Source: Octopus vulgaris
Lineage: Eukaryota
NCBI GenBank assembly: GCA_951406725.2
Contig: OX597831.1
Location: forward strand, 26,536,001-26,600,000
Reading direction: 5' to 3'
Length of the DNA: 64,000 nt
Shown here: positions 24,501-40,769 of the stretch, piece after piece
Layout of the letters: each line of letters starts with the position of its first letter
Position numbering within the stretch: position 1 is the first letter of the stretch
The notes under the pieces: generated by a model
What the model was told of the DNA's origin: nothing
Databases searched by the model: none
What the model saw: the letters and a program-made list of their open reading frames with translations, nothing else
Made by a program: the position numbers and the translations under genes

Positions 24501-27156
24501 GAGAAGAAGAAGAAGAAGAAGAAGAAGAAGGAGAAGAAGAAGAAGAAGAAGAAGAAGAAGAAGAAGAAGAAGAAGAAAAAGAAGAAGAAGAAGAAGAAGA
24601 AGAAGAAGAAGGAGGAGGAGGAGGAGGAGGAGGAGGAGGAGAAGAAGAACCAACACTACTATACATAAGAACACTATCACAGTATTGGTGAGCTGGCAAA
24701 AACATTAACATGGTGGATGAAATGCTTAGCGGTATTTCGTATCTTTATGTTCTGAGTTCAAATTCTGCTGAGGTCAACTTTGCCTTTCATCCTTTTGGGG
24801 TTGATAAATTAAGTACCAGTTGCATACTGGGGTCGATCTAATCAACTAGCCCCTCTCCCCAACATTTCAGGCCTTGTGCCTAGAGTAGAAAAAAAACAGC
24901 ATCACCACCACTGCCACTATCAATACTAACACCATTAGTACCAGCACCACCACTACCAAAACCACCAACACCACCACTACCAACACCACCATTACCAACA
25001 CCACCTAAACCACCACTACCAACACCACCAACACCAACACCATTACCAACACTACCAACACCACCAACACCACCAACACCAACACCACCACCACCAACAT
25101 CACCAACACTATCATAGAACTGACACCAATGCCAACATTACCATGAAATAATAAAGAAATAATAAAGAAATGGCAAATTTTCTTCCAACAGTACACTACC
25201 ATCTTAAAACTGATTCAATGTTTAGTATAAACTATTACGAAATATGATACGTTTGAAAAAAAGATAGGATGATCACAGCTTGGATTCTAGTTGAACTATA
25301 AAGTTTCGACACAGAAATACTTCTTCTCTCAGCACCTGTAAACACCATCAAAGAATAACAGAAGTTACAATTTTGCATCAAAGTCTGCAAAATATCTTCA
25401 CACTTCATGGTTTATAAATAATCTGGAAAAATTCATGAATTTACAGGAAGAAAAACAATGATATCAACAAAACACTAGTCAAGATGCAAATAGGAAGTAC
25501 TGCTGTTAACTTCCTTCCCAACATCAAAGGCATAACACGGAATACACTTAAAAATGAATGCTTCATCCACTAAAATAAATTATGTAAACATGACATTAAA
25601 CAGTCAAAGAATTCTGCAGTACAGTATTAATGACATTAAAAACACTTTTATGGAAGTAAAAGATTATATAATGAATGACAAATTGCAAGTGTGCTGAGAA
25701 AAAAAATGGGAATTAGATATGTCAGATGTAGGGTTGGTATTGTCATGCGATGTGTATAGATGACACCTGCATAAAGAAGTGCTAATTATTAAATGTTGAT
25801 GGAATGTGTGGCAAAGGGAAATCCAGGACAAAGAAGACCAGATTAGTGAATTATTGTGCTTGAGAAGATCTCTCCACCTCAAAAAGGAAAAGGAAAACTT
25901 ATTGCTTACTTCTATGCACCTGCACCCAATCTATACCTGTCGAGCCTTCCTCACCACCCTCTCTATTACTCTTCTAACTACTGCACTATTTTCTTAGCTG
26001 CTGTAATAATATGAGTGTAAGACTACGCATATTACATCTCCCTTTTTATGCTACCAGTTATCCCTCTCCTTGGAAACACTTTTTTTATTCCTTCCACATT
26101 CTCAATATCATCCCTCACAGCTTTCTTTTCCACTGAATGCCCCTTTCCCCTGAACACCCTTTCATACCTTCCTACCCATCTTTGTTCATGGCTTTTTCCA
26201 ACCCTACATACCTGAGCCCATCTCTGTCATGGTACAGCCATCTCTTCTCCTCACAGTTCACATCATCCTACTATTTCTCATCTAGCAATGGCTTAGTTAT
26301 ACAGGCATCCTCCACCCCACTTTTGCATAGCAACTTAATATCTCTTCCTCCCAAACACATTCCTATTTTCTCTTCACCTTCCTTCTGCACTTGTGTTCAC
26401 TATTCACTGGATTCACCTCCATGTCCTAAACCATCTTTCCCTTTTACACTCTCATAAACTGACCTCTGTCCATTTTCTATCTTATATTCATCATCTTGTA
26501 CACAGAAGGCAAGCCTTGACACTTCACCTCAACCATAGATTCCCTCTTCAGCAACACACCTGTTCCTATTCTTCTATCATACTTTAGCCTCCTAACACCT
26601 GGTATAAAGCCACTTCCCTCAATACCTATTTCTTTACTACCCACAAGGGGCTAAACACAGAGGGGACAAACAAGGACAGACAAACGAGTTAAGTCGATTA
26701 TATCGACCCTAGTGCGTAACTGGTACTTATTTACTCAACCCCGAAAGGATGAAAGGCAAAGTCGACCTCAGCGGAATTTGAACTCAGAACGTAATGGCAG
26801 AGGAAATACCGCTAATCATTTCGCCCGGCGTGCTAACGTTTCTGCCAGCTCACCGCCTACTATGCCCCTTCTCCATCTCAGTCAAGGGATCATGTATTGA
26901 GAGTTACCGGGAGATATCACTAGTGCCAGTACCACCAAAGCATGCATCCAGTACACTCTGTAAAGTAAGTGGTGTTAGGAAAGGCACACAGTTGTTGAAA
27001 CTATGTCAAAGCAAACATTAGAGCTCAGCTTCACTGGTTCTCTGTTGAACCATCCAGCCCACTCCTGCATAAAAGATGGACATTAAATGATGATGATGAT
27101 GATGATGATGATACAGCATTTGTTATCATCATCTTCTCTTCCTCCTCCTCCACCTC

Positions 27157-27209
<53 letters not shown>

Positions 27210-27974
27210 TAGCAGCAGTGACATTTAATGTCCATTTTCCATGCTGGCAGCGGTGGTTGGACAGCTTAACAGGGACTGACAAGGTCAGGGGCTGCACCAA
27301 GTTCCACCCTTCCTAACGCCAACCACTTGGCAGAGTGTACTGGGTGCTTTTTACATGGCACCATCACTTGTGCCTTTTATGTAGCACCCATATCAATGCT
27401 TTTTACGAGGTACCTTGGTTTTAGGATCTCAATTCTGTCGTGACAGACAGGTCTTCTTGAGTACAGCAATGCACCACATACCTCAGCATTCTAAATTACA
27501 CTCCAATCAGATTTGACAGACCTTTCACAATGGCAGTGGCCTAAAAACATAAAACGCAATATAGAGAGATTAGTTGATTGTACCTGACAGTTCATCTCAT
27601 CACCTGTGTGTCATAGGACTACTTGATTATTGTTGACCAGGAACTGCACAATAGCAACACAACAATCTGCACCCCTACCACTACAAACACCATGACCACC
27701 ACAAATAGCAAAACAGCCACCATCACTATTACAACAGCACTATCATCACCACAGAAGCACTTTCTGCACTAACACTAACACCACATTAGCATAAATAAGA
27801 GTAATAGTAACAACTCAATAACAAAGACAAACCTCTCCTTCCTTGCCCACCACCGTAATCAATAATTTTTTTTTCTCCTTAATTATTCTTAAAAAAGCTT
27901 TGTTTAAAAGTGAGATCTTGGAAAACTGGTTGTTCACAACTTCATTGGAGAAATTATCCAATCCACTTTCCTGC

Positions 27975-28505
27975 ACCACTACCACTACCACCACTATCAC
28001 TACCACCTCTACTATCAACACCATCACCACTATCATCACCACCAATCACTATCACCACCATCACCACCATCATGACCATTACCACCACCACCACTATCAC
28101 CACCATCTCAACCATCATGCCATCATCGCCATCACCTCACCAACATCACCACCACCACCACCATCACCACCACTATCACCACCACCACCACCATCACCAC
28201 CACCACCACCACCACTATCACCACCATCTCAACCATCATGCCATCATCGCCATCACCTCACCAACATCACCACCACCACCACCACCACCACCACCACCAC
28301 CACCACACCACCACCACCACCACCACTATCACCACCATCTCAACCATCATGCCATCATCGCCATCACCTCACCCACATCACCACCACCATCACCACCACA
28401 ACTATCATCACCACCACCACCATCACCACCACCACCACCACCACTATCACCACCATCTCAACCATCATGCCATTATTGCCATCACCACCACCACCACCAC
28501 CACTG
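27975..28505. repeat. CAC-based compound minisatellite
   Basis: Unit CACTATCACCACCATCTCAACCATCATGCCAT recurs 4 times, separated by variable (CAC)n spacers. Confidence 0.85.
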
Positions 28506-29951
28506 CCCTCACTCTCACTCCACATAATCTTTCCAATAATTCAATACAGATTTTCTTTTCTGATTTTACCTTTTATTGTTCTTGGTTTTGTTTTCTGTAA
28601 AGTTTTCCTTCATAGTTGTATGTTTTTTTTATTTTTCTTATATTGGTAGAGTTATTATTATTATTATTATTATTAATATTATTATTACTATTATTATTAT
28701 TATCATTATTATTGTCATCATATTTATTAACATTATTATTCTCATTGTTGTTATTATTATTTTATTTTTTCTTGCTAGGAAGTTTTGTTATTACTATGTT
28801 TGCCAAGTGTTGAAGCATTAAATCTGTATTTTAATTGAAAAGTGCTCAGTGGGAGGTGTCATGGCTGAGTTGGTAAGTTACGGAACTATTGCCATCAAGT
28901 TCTAAGGATCAAATCTCTATGCAGCTGTTTTGTATTATTATTTCATGGTTTCTCTTTATAATTTTTATGATTATTTGATTCTGTGTCTGTCTGTCATTGT
29001 TTTCCTCATCCATCACACTGGTAGTAAAAAGAAAAAAAATCATCACCATCATTATCGTTCACATTATTATTATTATTTTTTTTTTTCCTTCTTTCTTCAA
29101 ATTTTCTTCCGTTTCTCGCCAAGTGTTTTCCGTACACCTAGGGCAGAGAAGCTCATTGTATGCATTCCCAGATTACACACGCAAATTCACAGGTAAAATA
29201 TGTATTATTATTATTATTATCATTATTATTATTCTTCTTCTTCTTATTATTATTATTATTATTATTATTGGCAGCAAGCTGGCAGAATCGTTAGCATGCT
29301 GGATGAAATGCTTAGCAGTAACTCGACCATCTTCACGTTCTGAGTTAAAATTCCATTGAAGTCGACTTGACCTTCCATCATTTCAGGGTTGATGAAATAA
29401 GTACCAGTTATGCATTGGGGTCAGAAATTGACTAGTCCACCCACCCACCCACCCCCTGCTCACCCCAAAATTTTAGGCCTTGTGCCTATAGTAGAAAGGA
29501 TTATTCTTAAGGCATCAAGCTGGCAGAATTGTTAGCATGCTGGATGCTAGCATGCTTCACGGTATTTCACTTGTCGCTACGTTCTGAGTTCAAACCCTAC
29601 TGAGATCAACTTTACCTTTCATCCTTTTGGGGTCGATAAATTAAGTACCAGTGAAACACTGGGACACTGTAATCAACTAGTCCTCTCCCCCCAAAATTTT
29701 AGGCCTCATGCCAATAGTAGAAGGGACTATTATTATTATTATTATTATTAAGGTGATGAGCTGGCAGAATTGTTAGCATGCTGGGTGAAATGCTTAATGG
29801 CATTTTGTCTGCCACTATGTTCTGAGTTCAAATTTCGCCTAGGTCAACAATGCTTTTCATCCCTTCGGGGTCGATTAAATAAGTACCAGTTACTCGCTGG
29901 GTCGTTGATGTAATCTACTTAATCCTTGTGCTTCCAGTAAAAAGGGTTATA

Positions 29952-29993
<42 letters not shown>

Positions 29994-30473
29994 GTTGTTG
30001 TTGTTGTTGTTGTTATTATTATTACTAAGATGGCGAGCTGGCAGGATCGTCAGTACGCCAGGCAAAATACTTAGTGGCATTTTGCCTATCTTTACATTGT
30101 GAGTTCAAATTCTGCCGCACTTTGCTTTTCATCTTTCCAGGGTCAACAAAATAAGTTCCAGTCAAGTACTGGGAGCAATGTAATTAACTTCACCCACTCC
30201 TCAAAGACTGCTGGTCATGTGCCAAAATTTGAAATCATTATTATTATTATAAGTATCATTTAACTCAGGTTTTGTTGCAACTCCTGGAGTCTTGCAAGCA
30301 TAGCAGGCTTGCTACCTGCAGTCTACAATACAATGATATCTGTTCTTTGCAACTATCTAATACAATCCTGATGATTCTGACCATGCCAAACAAGCAAACT
30401 TTTTGTGCAACAGCTCTGCTGGGAACTTTTGGAGCTGTTCCTACTTGGCACATTACTGTTATTATTGTTGTTG

Positions 30474-30531
<58 letters not shown>

Positions 30532-30619
30532 AATAAGCACCTGTTGAGCACTAGGATCGATGTAATTGGCTTAACCCCTACCCAAAATTGCTGCTCTTCA
30601 GCCAAAATTTGAAACCATT

Positions 30620-30960
30620 TGCTCAGACCCCCCTCGGTCATGACTGACCATAGGATTACACGTAGAAAGTTACCCTCCCAGGTACAAGTCCGGGCAAGGT
30701 TTTTATGGAAGACCAGCAGTCACCCATGCATACTAGCCTCCCCTCTCCACGCCACCAGTGTTATCCAAGGGAAAGGCAAAGGGGCTGATACAGCTTGGCT
30801 TCTGTGACGTCGCAACTCATTTCTACAGCTGAGTGAACTGGAGCAACAAAAAATAAAGCGTCTTGCGCAAGAACACAACATGCAGCCCGATCCGGGAATC
30901 GAACTCACAACCTCACGATTGTAAGCTCGACACTCTAACCGCTGAGCCATGCGCCTTCAC
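30620..30960 (-). mobile_element. tRNA-derived SINE family E
   Basis: Head GCGCATGGCTCAGCGGTTAGAG...GAGTTCGATTCCC. Related copies at 49700-50025(-) and 13480-13705(-). Confidence 0.82.
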
Positions 30961-31248
30961 CATTATTATAATCATCATCATTATTATTATTATTATCATT
31001 ATTAGTGGTGGTGGTGGTGGTGGTGGTAGCACGCCAGGCGAAATGCTTAGCGGTATTTCGTCTGCTGTTACGTTGTGAGTTCAAATTCCGCTGAGGTCGA
31101 CTTTGCCTTTCATCCTTTCGGGGTCAATAAATTAAGTACCAGTTACGCACTGGGGTCGATGTAATCGACTTAATACCTATGTCTGTCCTTGTTTGTCCCC
31201 TCTGTGTTTAGCCCCTTGTGGGTAATAAAGAAATAGGTGGTGGTGGTG

Positions 31249-31285
<37 letters not shown>

Positions 31286-31899
31286 CATTCAAGTACCACA
31301 ACCAACATTTTTGACAAATACCCTACCCTCAAAATTGCTTTCTTTGGGTCTAAATAACAGACGATTATTATTATTTTTATTATCATTGACTTCTGTATGG
31401 GCAGGTGAGTTCTTTTTTGACATTGGTCCTCACAGAAGCAAAGTGGCTGAGTTCCTTTCGAGTGTTTGGGCCTTACAGAGACAATGACTGAGACCTTTGG
31501 CATTATGTCATGCTTGAGAAGAAGACCCATCAAGCCAAGTAAAATCACTGTCGTGGCAGATACTGGTGTCATGCAACTGGCACCTGTGCCAGTGGCATGT
31601 AAAAGCACCCATTGCACCCTCAGAGTGGTTGGCATTAGGAAGGCTATCAAGCTGTAGAAACCATGTTTATCCTCAATTACCTAAGTGGGCTTCCCGCCTA
31701 ATGAGGATTTTATTTATTCATTTATTTATAATTTATTTCTCTACTTTCTGTTATATATTCTCTCTGTTGTATCCTTTAATGTGGTAGTATCTTCACTTGA
31801 TTGATATTAACATGTTTTGGTAATTTTTTTTTTGTGTGTCGTAACTCATCCTTCGATATTGTCCTCCATGTCTTAGGTCCTTGACACCAATAACAGGAA

Positions 31900-32399
<500 letters not shown>

Positions 32400-34455
32400 G
32401 ATGTTGTTGATGATAAGGTGGTAAGCTGGTAAAATCATTAGCCTGTCAGACAAAATGTTAAGTTGCATTTTATCTGTCTTTGTGTTCTGCGTTCAAATAC
32501 CACCAAGGCCAGCTTTGTCTTTGACCTTTCCAGGGTCAATAAAACAAGTACCAGTCGAATACTGGGGTTGATGTAATTGTCTTACCCTCATTCTTGAAAT
32601 TACTAGTCTTGTGCTAAAATTTGAAATCGTTGTTATTGATGATGGTGATGGTGATAATAATGATGATGTTTATGATAGTGATGAGGATAGCGATGATGAA
32701 TGATGACGATGACAACGATAACAGCAACGATGACAATGATGATGGTGAAAACGATGGTGATGATGATGACGACGATGACAATGACAATGATGATGATGAT
32801 GATGATAATGATGATGATGATGATGATGGTGATGATCAAAATAGTTATCATGGATAAGGATGATACTGAAGAAGATGACGTTGATGACGACGATGACGAC
32901 GATGATGATGATAATGATTATGGCGGTGTATCTGGTGATGGAAGCAACGTGAAAATAATATTAGCAATGATAAAAATTATCATATCATGTTGGAGGTGGT
33001 GGCAATAGTGGAGGAGGTGGAAGTAGCTGTGGTGGTGGTGGTGGTGGTGGTTGTGTGGTGGTGGTTGTAGTGGTGGTAGTGGTGGTGGTGGTGGTGGTGG
33101 TGGTGGTGGTTGTAGTGGTGGCAGCGGTGGTGGTGATGGTGGTGGTGGTACTGGTGGTCATGGTGGTGGTGGTGGTGGTGGTGGTGGTGGTGGTTGTGGT
33201 GGTGGTTGTGGTGGTTGTGGTGGTGGTGGTGGTGGTGGTGGTGGTTGTAGTGGTGGTGCTGGTCGTGGTGGTGGCTTGTAGAGATGGTAGTGAGGTAGTT
33301 GCAGTGATGATGGCGATGATGTTGATAATATAGTTGCTACTGATAAAGCCACACATACACACACACATATATATATACTCAATATATACATGCATACATA
33401 TCTGTTCAATATCTGTACACATGTACATACAGGTACTCACGTTATACACTCACATATACACAAAACACGAACACACACACACAAACTTTTATGTACAGGC
33501 ATACACCTCCAACACACTTACCTATACAGAGATACACACATACACACACATGCCTATACACAAAGGTACACACATCCACACACACAAACCTATTCCAAAA
33601 TACACACACGCTCATGCAGGTACAGACGTCCATGCACTCATATATATATGCACAGTTACACACACATACACACACACACAAACAAATCTATATAGAAACA
33701 CACACACACATATATTATACACACACTCACATACACAGTCACACACACACACACACACACAAACAATCTATATAGAAATACACACAGACACAAACAAATC
33801 TATAGAAACACACACACACACTCACATACACACACACATATATACACACACAACCATATGCATACACAGTTACATATACACACACTCACATACACAGTCA
33901 CACACACACACACACACACAGCTATTCCATACATTGATCTATTTGACAAACAGATGTCTCTCCCACCCCACTCACTAACTTCCTTCTTCTTCATTGTCAA
34001 GAGATAGAAAAAAAATACCCGACAAGTGCACTTGTAAGGAACTGCAGCAGCTAAGGTGCATACTGTGAACAATAACTGCTGCACCAGACTAGATTGTATG
34101 TAAACAGTAGGCTATGTGCTTGTAATCAAAAATTGTGCAACTTTCTTGCACATTCAGTTACACTCCAAGTTGTTCATAGTAGATAATACAGACAAAACTG
34201 ACTGAGCAAAATATCTATTCTAATTATCATCATCGTCGTCGTTGATGTCATCATCATCATCATCATCGTCGTTGTTGTTGTTGTTGTCATTGTTATCGTT
34301 GTTGCCGCTGCTCACAATGTTGTTATTATATTATAAGTCAATGAAATAAGTACCTGCTGAAAACAGGGATCAATATACATGGCTAGCCTGCTCTACCAAA
34401 ATTTCCAGCTTTGTGTCTATGGTAGAAAGGATTATTATTATTATTATTATTATTA

Positions 34456-34932
34456 TTCAGTAGTTTTATTTTTATAGCGTGCTTTCACTTCACTACCGAG
34501 CGCAGCTCTGTGTGCCTTGGGTATGTGCTGTGATTTGTTGTGATGCTCTGATGGTTATTGTATGGAAAGTGTTCTGCGTAGGATGTGTGCAGTGCCTAGT
34601 AGTGCAATTTTCTGTATGTTATATGTGTTTGTAAGTCCTGGTGTTTTTGTTATGTATTTGTCTGAGTATTTTTTTATCATGCCTAATGCACCTACTATGA
34701 TAGGAATTGTTTCTGTTTTCAGGTTCCACATTCTAGTTACCTCTATTTCCAGGTCTTTGTATTTTGAGAGTTTCTCCATTTCTTTTAGAGACACGTTGTC
34801 ATCTGCCGGTATTGATACATCAATTAGAAAGCATTTTTTTCTTCATGATCTCTGACAACTATATCTGGCCTGTTGGCCTTAATTTCTCTATCTGTGTGTA
34901 TTGGCATATCCCAGAGTATGGTTGCTTTCTCG
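34456..34932 (-). mobile_element. R4/Dong-like non-LTR retrotransposon 3' end (restriction-like endonuclease domain)
   Basis: ILWDMPIHTDREIKANRPDIVV...IDVSIP...KLSKYKDLEIE...IPIIVGALG...IQKIALLGTAHILRR; inserted in (TTA)n. Confidence 0.92.
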
Positions 34933-34994
<62 letters not shown>

Positions 34995-35004
34995 TATTAT
35001 CATT

Positions 35005-35715
35005 TGGTGAGCTGGCAGAAACGTTAGCCCGCCGAGTGAAAAGTTTAGCGGTATTTCGTCTGTCATTATGTTCTGAGTTCAAATTCCGCCGAGGTCGACT
35101 TTACCTTTCATCCTTTTGGGGTCGATTAAATAAGTACCAGTTATGCACTGGGGGCGGTATAATCGAATTAATCCGTTTGTTTGTCCTTGTTTGTCCTCTC
35201 TGTGTTTAGCCCATTGTGGGTAGTAAAGAAATAGGTATTTCGTCTGCCTTTATGTTCTGAGTTCAAATTCCGCCAAGGATGACTTTGCCTTTCATCCTTT
35301 CAGGGTCGATAAATTAAGTACCAGTTATGCATTGGGGTCGATGTAATCGACTTAATCCCTTTGTCTGTCCTTCCTTGTCCCCTTTATGTTTAGCCCCTTG
35401 TGGGCAATAAAGAAATAAGAAACGTTAGCACACCGGGTGAAATGCTTAGTGGTATTTCGTCTGCCTTTACGTTCTGAGTTCAAATTCCATTGAGGTCGAC
35501 TTTGCCTTTCATCCTTTCAGGGTTGATAAATTAAGTACCAATTGCGTACTGGGGTTGATTTAATCGACTAGGCCCCTCCCCCAAAATTTCAGGCCTTGTG
35601 CCTAGAGTAGAAAAGAATTGTTAGCATGCCAGGTGAAATGTTTAGTGATATTTCGTCTGTTTTTACATTCAGAGTTCAAATTCTGTTGAGTTTGACTTTA
35701 CTTTTCATCATTACA
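35005..35715 (+). mobile_element. Head-to-tail multimer of family B SINEs (about 4 units)
   Basis: The GTTCTGAGTTCAAATTCC-type B-box segment recurs at ~35070, 35254, 35471 and 35670. Confidence 0.85.
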
Positions 35716-35759
35716 AGTGAGAAGCCAATATTATTATTATTATCATTATTATTATTATA

Positions 35760-35799
<40 letters not shown>

Positions 35800-35800
<1 letters not shown>

Positions 35801-36164
35801 TTTTTTTTTTCTTCTTTCAAATTTTCTTCCATTTCTTGCCGAGTGTCTTCCCGACTCCTAGGGCAAAGAAACTCATAGTGTATATTGGTAGGCCATTAAA
35901 CCAAACTCAGTAGTTCGTTCATTTTTTTTTTTTTTTTTTTTTTTAAAGTTAAATTAAAATACATGAGCAGCAACAGTTCTCACATCGACAATGCTCTTCT
36001 CAATACGTGTGATGTACCAGTTAAGACAATCTTTTGCACTTCTTGCAGGGATGGTAAGCCAGGGATCATTCTCATATAATTTTCGGTTCCCTTCTTGATC
36101 ATTCCTAGTGCTCCTACGATCACTGGTATTGTAACCGCCTTCGATCACTGGTATTGTAACCGCC

Positions 36165-36166
<2 letters not shown>
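35800..36166 (-). mobile_element. Second R4/Dong-like family, 3' end
   Basis: AVTIPVIVGALGMIKKGTENYMRMIPGLPSLQEVQKIVLTGTSHVLRRALSM*; a remnant of its 3' UTR also lies at ~29080-29200. Confidence 0.85.
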
Positions 36167-36227
<61 letters not shown>

Positions 36228-37034
36228 CATTATTATTATTATTATTATTATTATTACTAATGGGACCTGTGGAAATTTCACAGAATGAAAAAGATTAAGA
36301 GAAGCTATTTAAGAAAGAAAGGAAGATTTGCATTCTTACTTTTATTTTGCTATGTATTTCACTTGCAGTCATAATAATATATTATATTTTAAAATTTCCT
36401 TCTACTAAGCATTTTATATTTCTTTCTTTCTCTTCACCTCACTTCCAAGCAGATTATTATATAGATTATTATAATTATTGTTGTTGTTGTCGTTCTTGTT
36501 ATTATTATTTACTTTTAATTTATATGATTGTTACAATCACTCACCAAGACACACATTTTCTAGGGTGAGTGAAGGTTAAGAGATATTACAGTATGACTGA
36601 AAGCTTAAGGAGGGGAAATAGCAAGGGTAGTAGTGAAATATCTTCATGTAATACAACACACATTTAAATTGATAGGGTTTTTCTAAGGATGTGGGCAGTA
36701 CTTGTCAGCACAATCTTTTGGTTTTCTCTGAGACATGGTTCTCCTGGGATATTATCAGGTCATGAAAGAGAGATAGGGAGGCAGGAGAAAAGTATAAAAA
36801 AATAAGAAAGGTGGGTGAGAAAAGATAGAAAGTTCTTTTATATGGAATATATACGTGTGTGTGTGTGTGTATTTTTCCATCCTATCTAGTGTGTCCTCTC
36901 GTTTAGCGTGTGACATTGAGAGAGATTTGGGTGTCATTTCTAGGAAATCGTAGAGAGAGAGAGAGAGAGAACAGAGAGAGTGGTGGTATGTTGACGATCT
37001 GAATGACAGCTTATATAAACCTACCAACCTCCCT

Positions 37035-37438
37035 ACCACTCTTTTACTCTTTTACTTGTTTCAGTCATTTGACTGCAGCCATGCTGGAGCACCGCCTTTA
37101 GTCGAGCAAATCGACCCCGGGACTTATTCTTTGTAAGCCCAGTACTTATTCTATCGGTCTCTTTTGCCGAACCGCTAGGTGACGGGGACGTAAACACACC
37201 AGCACCGGTTGTCAAGCAATGCTAGGGGGACAAACACACACACATACACACACATATATATATATACATATATACAACAGGCTTCTTTCAGTTTCCGTCT
37301 ACCAAATCCACTCACAAGGCATTGGTTGGCCCGGGGCTATAGCAGAAGACACTTGCCCAAGATGCCACGCAGTGGGACTGAACCCGGAACCATGTGGTTG
37401 GTTAGCAAGCTACTTACAACACAGCCACTCCTGCGCCT
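37035..37438 (-). mobile_element. SINE family A
   Basis: Full-length copy with most CpGs retained. Confidence 0.9.
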
Positions 37439-37508
37439 AATATTAATTTATCAAACCCTCTCCTTTTCCTTGCTTCAATTCGGGGGGTTTATCAGCTTTA
37501 CATAGGAA

Positions 37509-37547
<39 letters not shown>

Positions 37548-38090
37548 TGGACAGCAGAAACGCTGCATGAACAACTGTCAGCAACTTTACAATCCTCCTC
37601 CCTCCTTAAAGCTATGTATTCCTCACACCCATCTCCCTTTCTTTTCCTCAGCATTCTAAAAGCTGCATGTATGTGTATGTATTGTTGTGTGTATGTGTGT
37701 GTGTATACATATACATGTGCCTGTGTATTTACGTACATATATGTATACAGCATCAAACTCAGATGACCCAATGACCCAGATATCGTTGCTCTTCCATTAC
37801 TTTCGCTAACAGCAGTAACTTTCGTCATCAATTGGTTAAATTACTTAAATATGACAACTTTAACACGAAATAACTTCTAAAATAAAAATTTGTCAAAAAC
37901 GTTAAGAGTAAACAGTGTTCTGCGTGACATATTCAACCAGTATCCAAAGTTTCAAACTGCTTAGTTAAAAAGAAAATTAATTACAAAATCTGTGACTGAA
38001 ATTGAAAAGATCCTTTTTGGGGAATATCTTCTCACACACACACACATACTTATATATGCCTATATACATACACACACATGCATATATATA

Positions 38091-38124
<34 letters not shown>

Positions 38125-38334
38125 TATACAAAGAGAAAACACAACAACGCGAGGACATGGAACAAATATAGTATTATTGGACGCTCAGGAAGGAAGGGAA
38201 GAAGATATATATATATATATATACCTATATATATATATATATATTTATACATACATACACACACACACACACACAAACACACACGCACATATATATACAC
38301 ATATTTATATTATATATTCATACACACATACACC

Positions 38335-38377
<43 letters not shown>

Positions 38378-39377
38378 AATATATGCATATATACATACAT
38401 ATGTGTACATACCTACATATATATGCATATATACATGCATATATGGGTACAAAACATCAAAAAAACGTGAACAAAATGAGAAACGAGACAGGCAACATAA
38501 AAAACATTCCCTTCATCAGTTGTCCCCTGTTTTATCTACTCTGTGTTTTGAAGACAATATATAAATATATAAATATATATATACATATATATATTCACAC
38601 AAATACACAAACAAACACACACACATATATACACATGTTTATATTATATTATATATTTATGTAAACACACACACACATATATTTATATAGGTAGATACTT
38701 GAGTATACCTGTGTCACAGTCTAGTTTATGTATTTGACTGTAAACAAGTAGACCAAAATTTGTCCATTCCTATCAAATATATAATTTAGGAATTTGATAA
38801 AGCATATACTTTGCTGAACAAAGTACTGGGTCTAAAATGCAATCATCTTGACACTTCAAAGAAGTGCTCCAGTATGACCATAGTCCAATGACTGACTACT
38901 ATTTTAATAATAACAGAATAAACAAAGAGGAAACTGACCAATGATAACAGAGATGCTGTGAATTGCAGAAAGTACAGTGCTGAATACTGGGTTACTGGTG
39001 AAAACAAAGAAATGAATGTAAACATTTGTTGTACGAAATATAAGAAAAGCAAAAAAAAAAAAAAAACCCGAAAAAATGGAAAAAATAGAAATTCATTTCT
39101 GTTTCGAAAAACACAATGATAAGATGAATAATAATAATTGCGGTGATGATGATGAAGGCAATGGTTGGGGGAGGGGGTGATGATGATGATGATGATGATG
39201 ATGGTGATAATATGCTTTGAGTTATTTATAAAGCTGTGTTGTTTTGGATGAGCTGTTCTGCCTAATAACTATCGGCCTGTCTTATCTTTTTACTACGTGT
39301 GCAACTCTGTAAGTGTGTGTTTTTGTGTGTGTATATGTGATATATATATGTGTGTGTATAATATGCATATATGATAT

Positions 39378-39449
<72 letters not shown>

Positions 39450-39500
39450 ATAGAGAGAGAGATGAGATATATATATATAGGGAGAGAGAGAGGGGGTGAG

Positions 39501-39531
<31 letters not shown>

Positions 39532-39948
39532 CATACAACACTTATGTACACACCTGTAGATACACACATATATATATATATGCATGTGTGTGTATGCATA
39601 TACATATAGGCATATATATATATATGCACATATATATATATATATAGTATATGTATGTATGCATGTATGTATGTATGTATATGTTTACGATAGTTGTTAA
39701 CTATAATGGTGAGTACAATACATGTACAAATATCTCTCCCTCACATTTCTCCTTCTCTCTTTTATTCTCCATCTCCCTCTGTCTGACTGTCTATCTATCT
39801 TTCTCTCTCTCTCTCTCTCACTCTCTCACTTTCTCATTTTGTAATTAAATATTTTCTTTATTTGTGCTGACTTCTTTATTATCTCATTTTCCTCCTTAAC
39901 AACTCAGTAGAATACTTAAAAGAAAACCTGTGTGTATGTGAATGCATG

Positions 39949-39990
<42 letters not shown>

Positions 39991-40049
39991 AGTATTAAGT
40001 AAGTATGTATGTATGTACGTATGTATGTGTATGTATGTACGTATGTATG

Positions 40050-40083
<34 letters not shown>

Positions 40084-40769
40084 CGTAAGTATGTATGTAG
40101 TGTATGTATGTATGTAGCGTATATGTATGTATGTATGTATGTTTGTATGTATATGTCTGTGTGTGTGTATGTATATATGTGCCTCATGGAGGCAATGACT
40201 AAAGCTTTGGCATTATGTCATATTTGAGAAGAAGACCCATCAACCTGTACCTACGTTAAGGGTACACATGTCTGTAGAGTGCTCAGCCACATGCATGTGA
40301 ATTTCAGAGCAGGCTGTTCTGTCAATTGGATCAAGTGGAACTCTCATCGTCATAGCAACAGAGTGCCAGTGAGTGAGTGTGATATATGATGATATATATT
40401 TGTGTACACATACTAATATGCACTTACATATATGCATACATGTATGTGTAGATGTGCGTGTATATGTGAGTGTGTATATATGTGTATATATATATGCATA
40501 TGTGTATATCGATATATATACATATTTACATACACATTATATATACGTATGTTTGTGTATACATATATGTATTTGTATACGCACACACACACACAAAGCT
40601 GATATTGGAGTCCAATGTAGCCTTGCTGTTCACTGGATTCTGTCAAACCATCCACTTTCCATGCCAGCATGGAAAGTGGATGTTAAATGATGATATTGAT
40701 GTTGATGTTGATGATGATGATGTTGATGAGGATGAAGGGGAGGAATAGAATACCACATATAGGTATATA

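Noticed and set aside
25440-26000. Possible decayed GIY-YIG coding remnants
   Set aside because: Only vague motif resemblance, with many stops; cannot be supported by eye.
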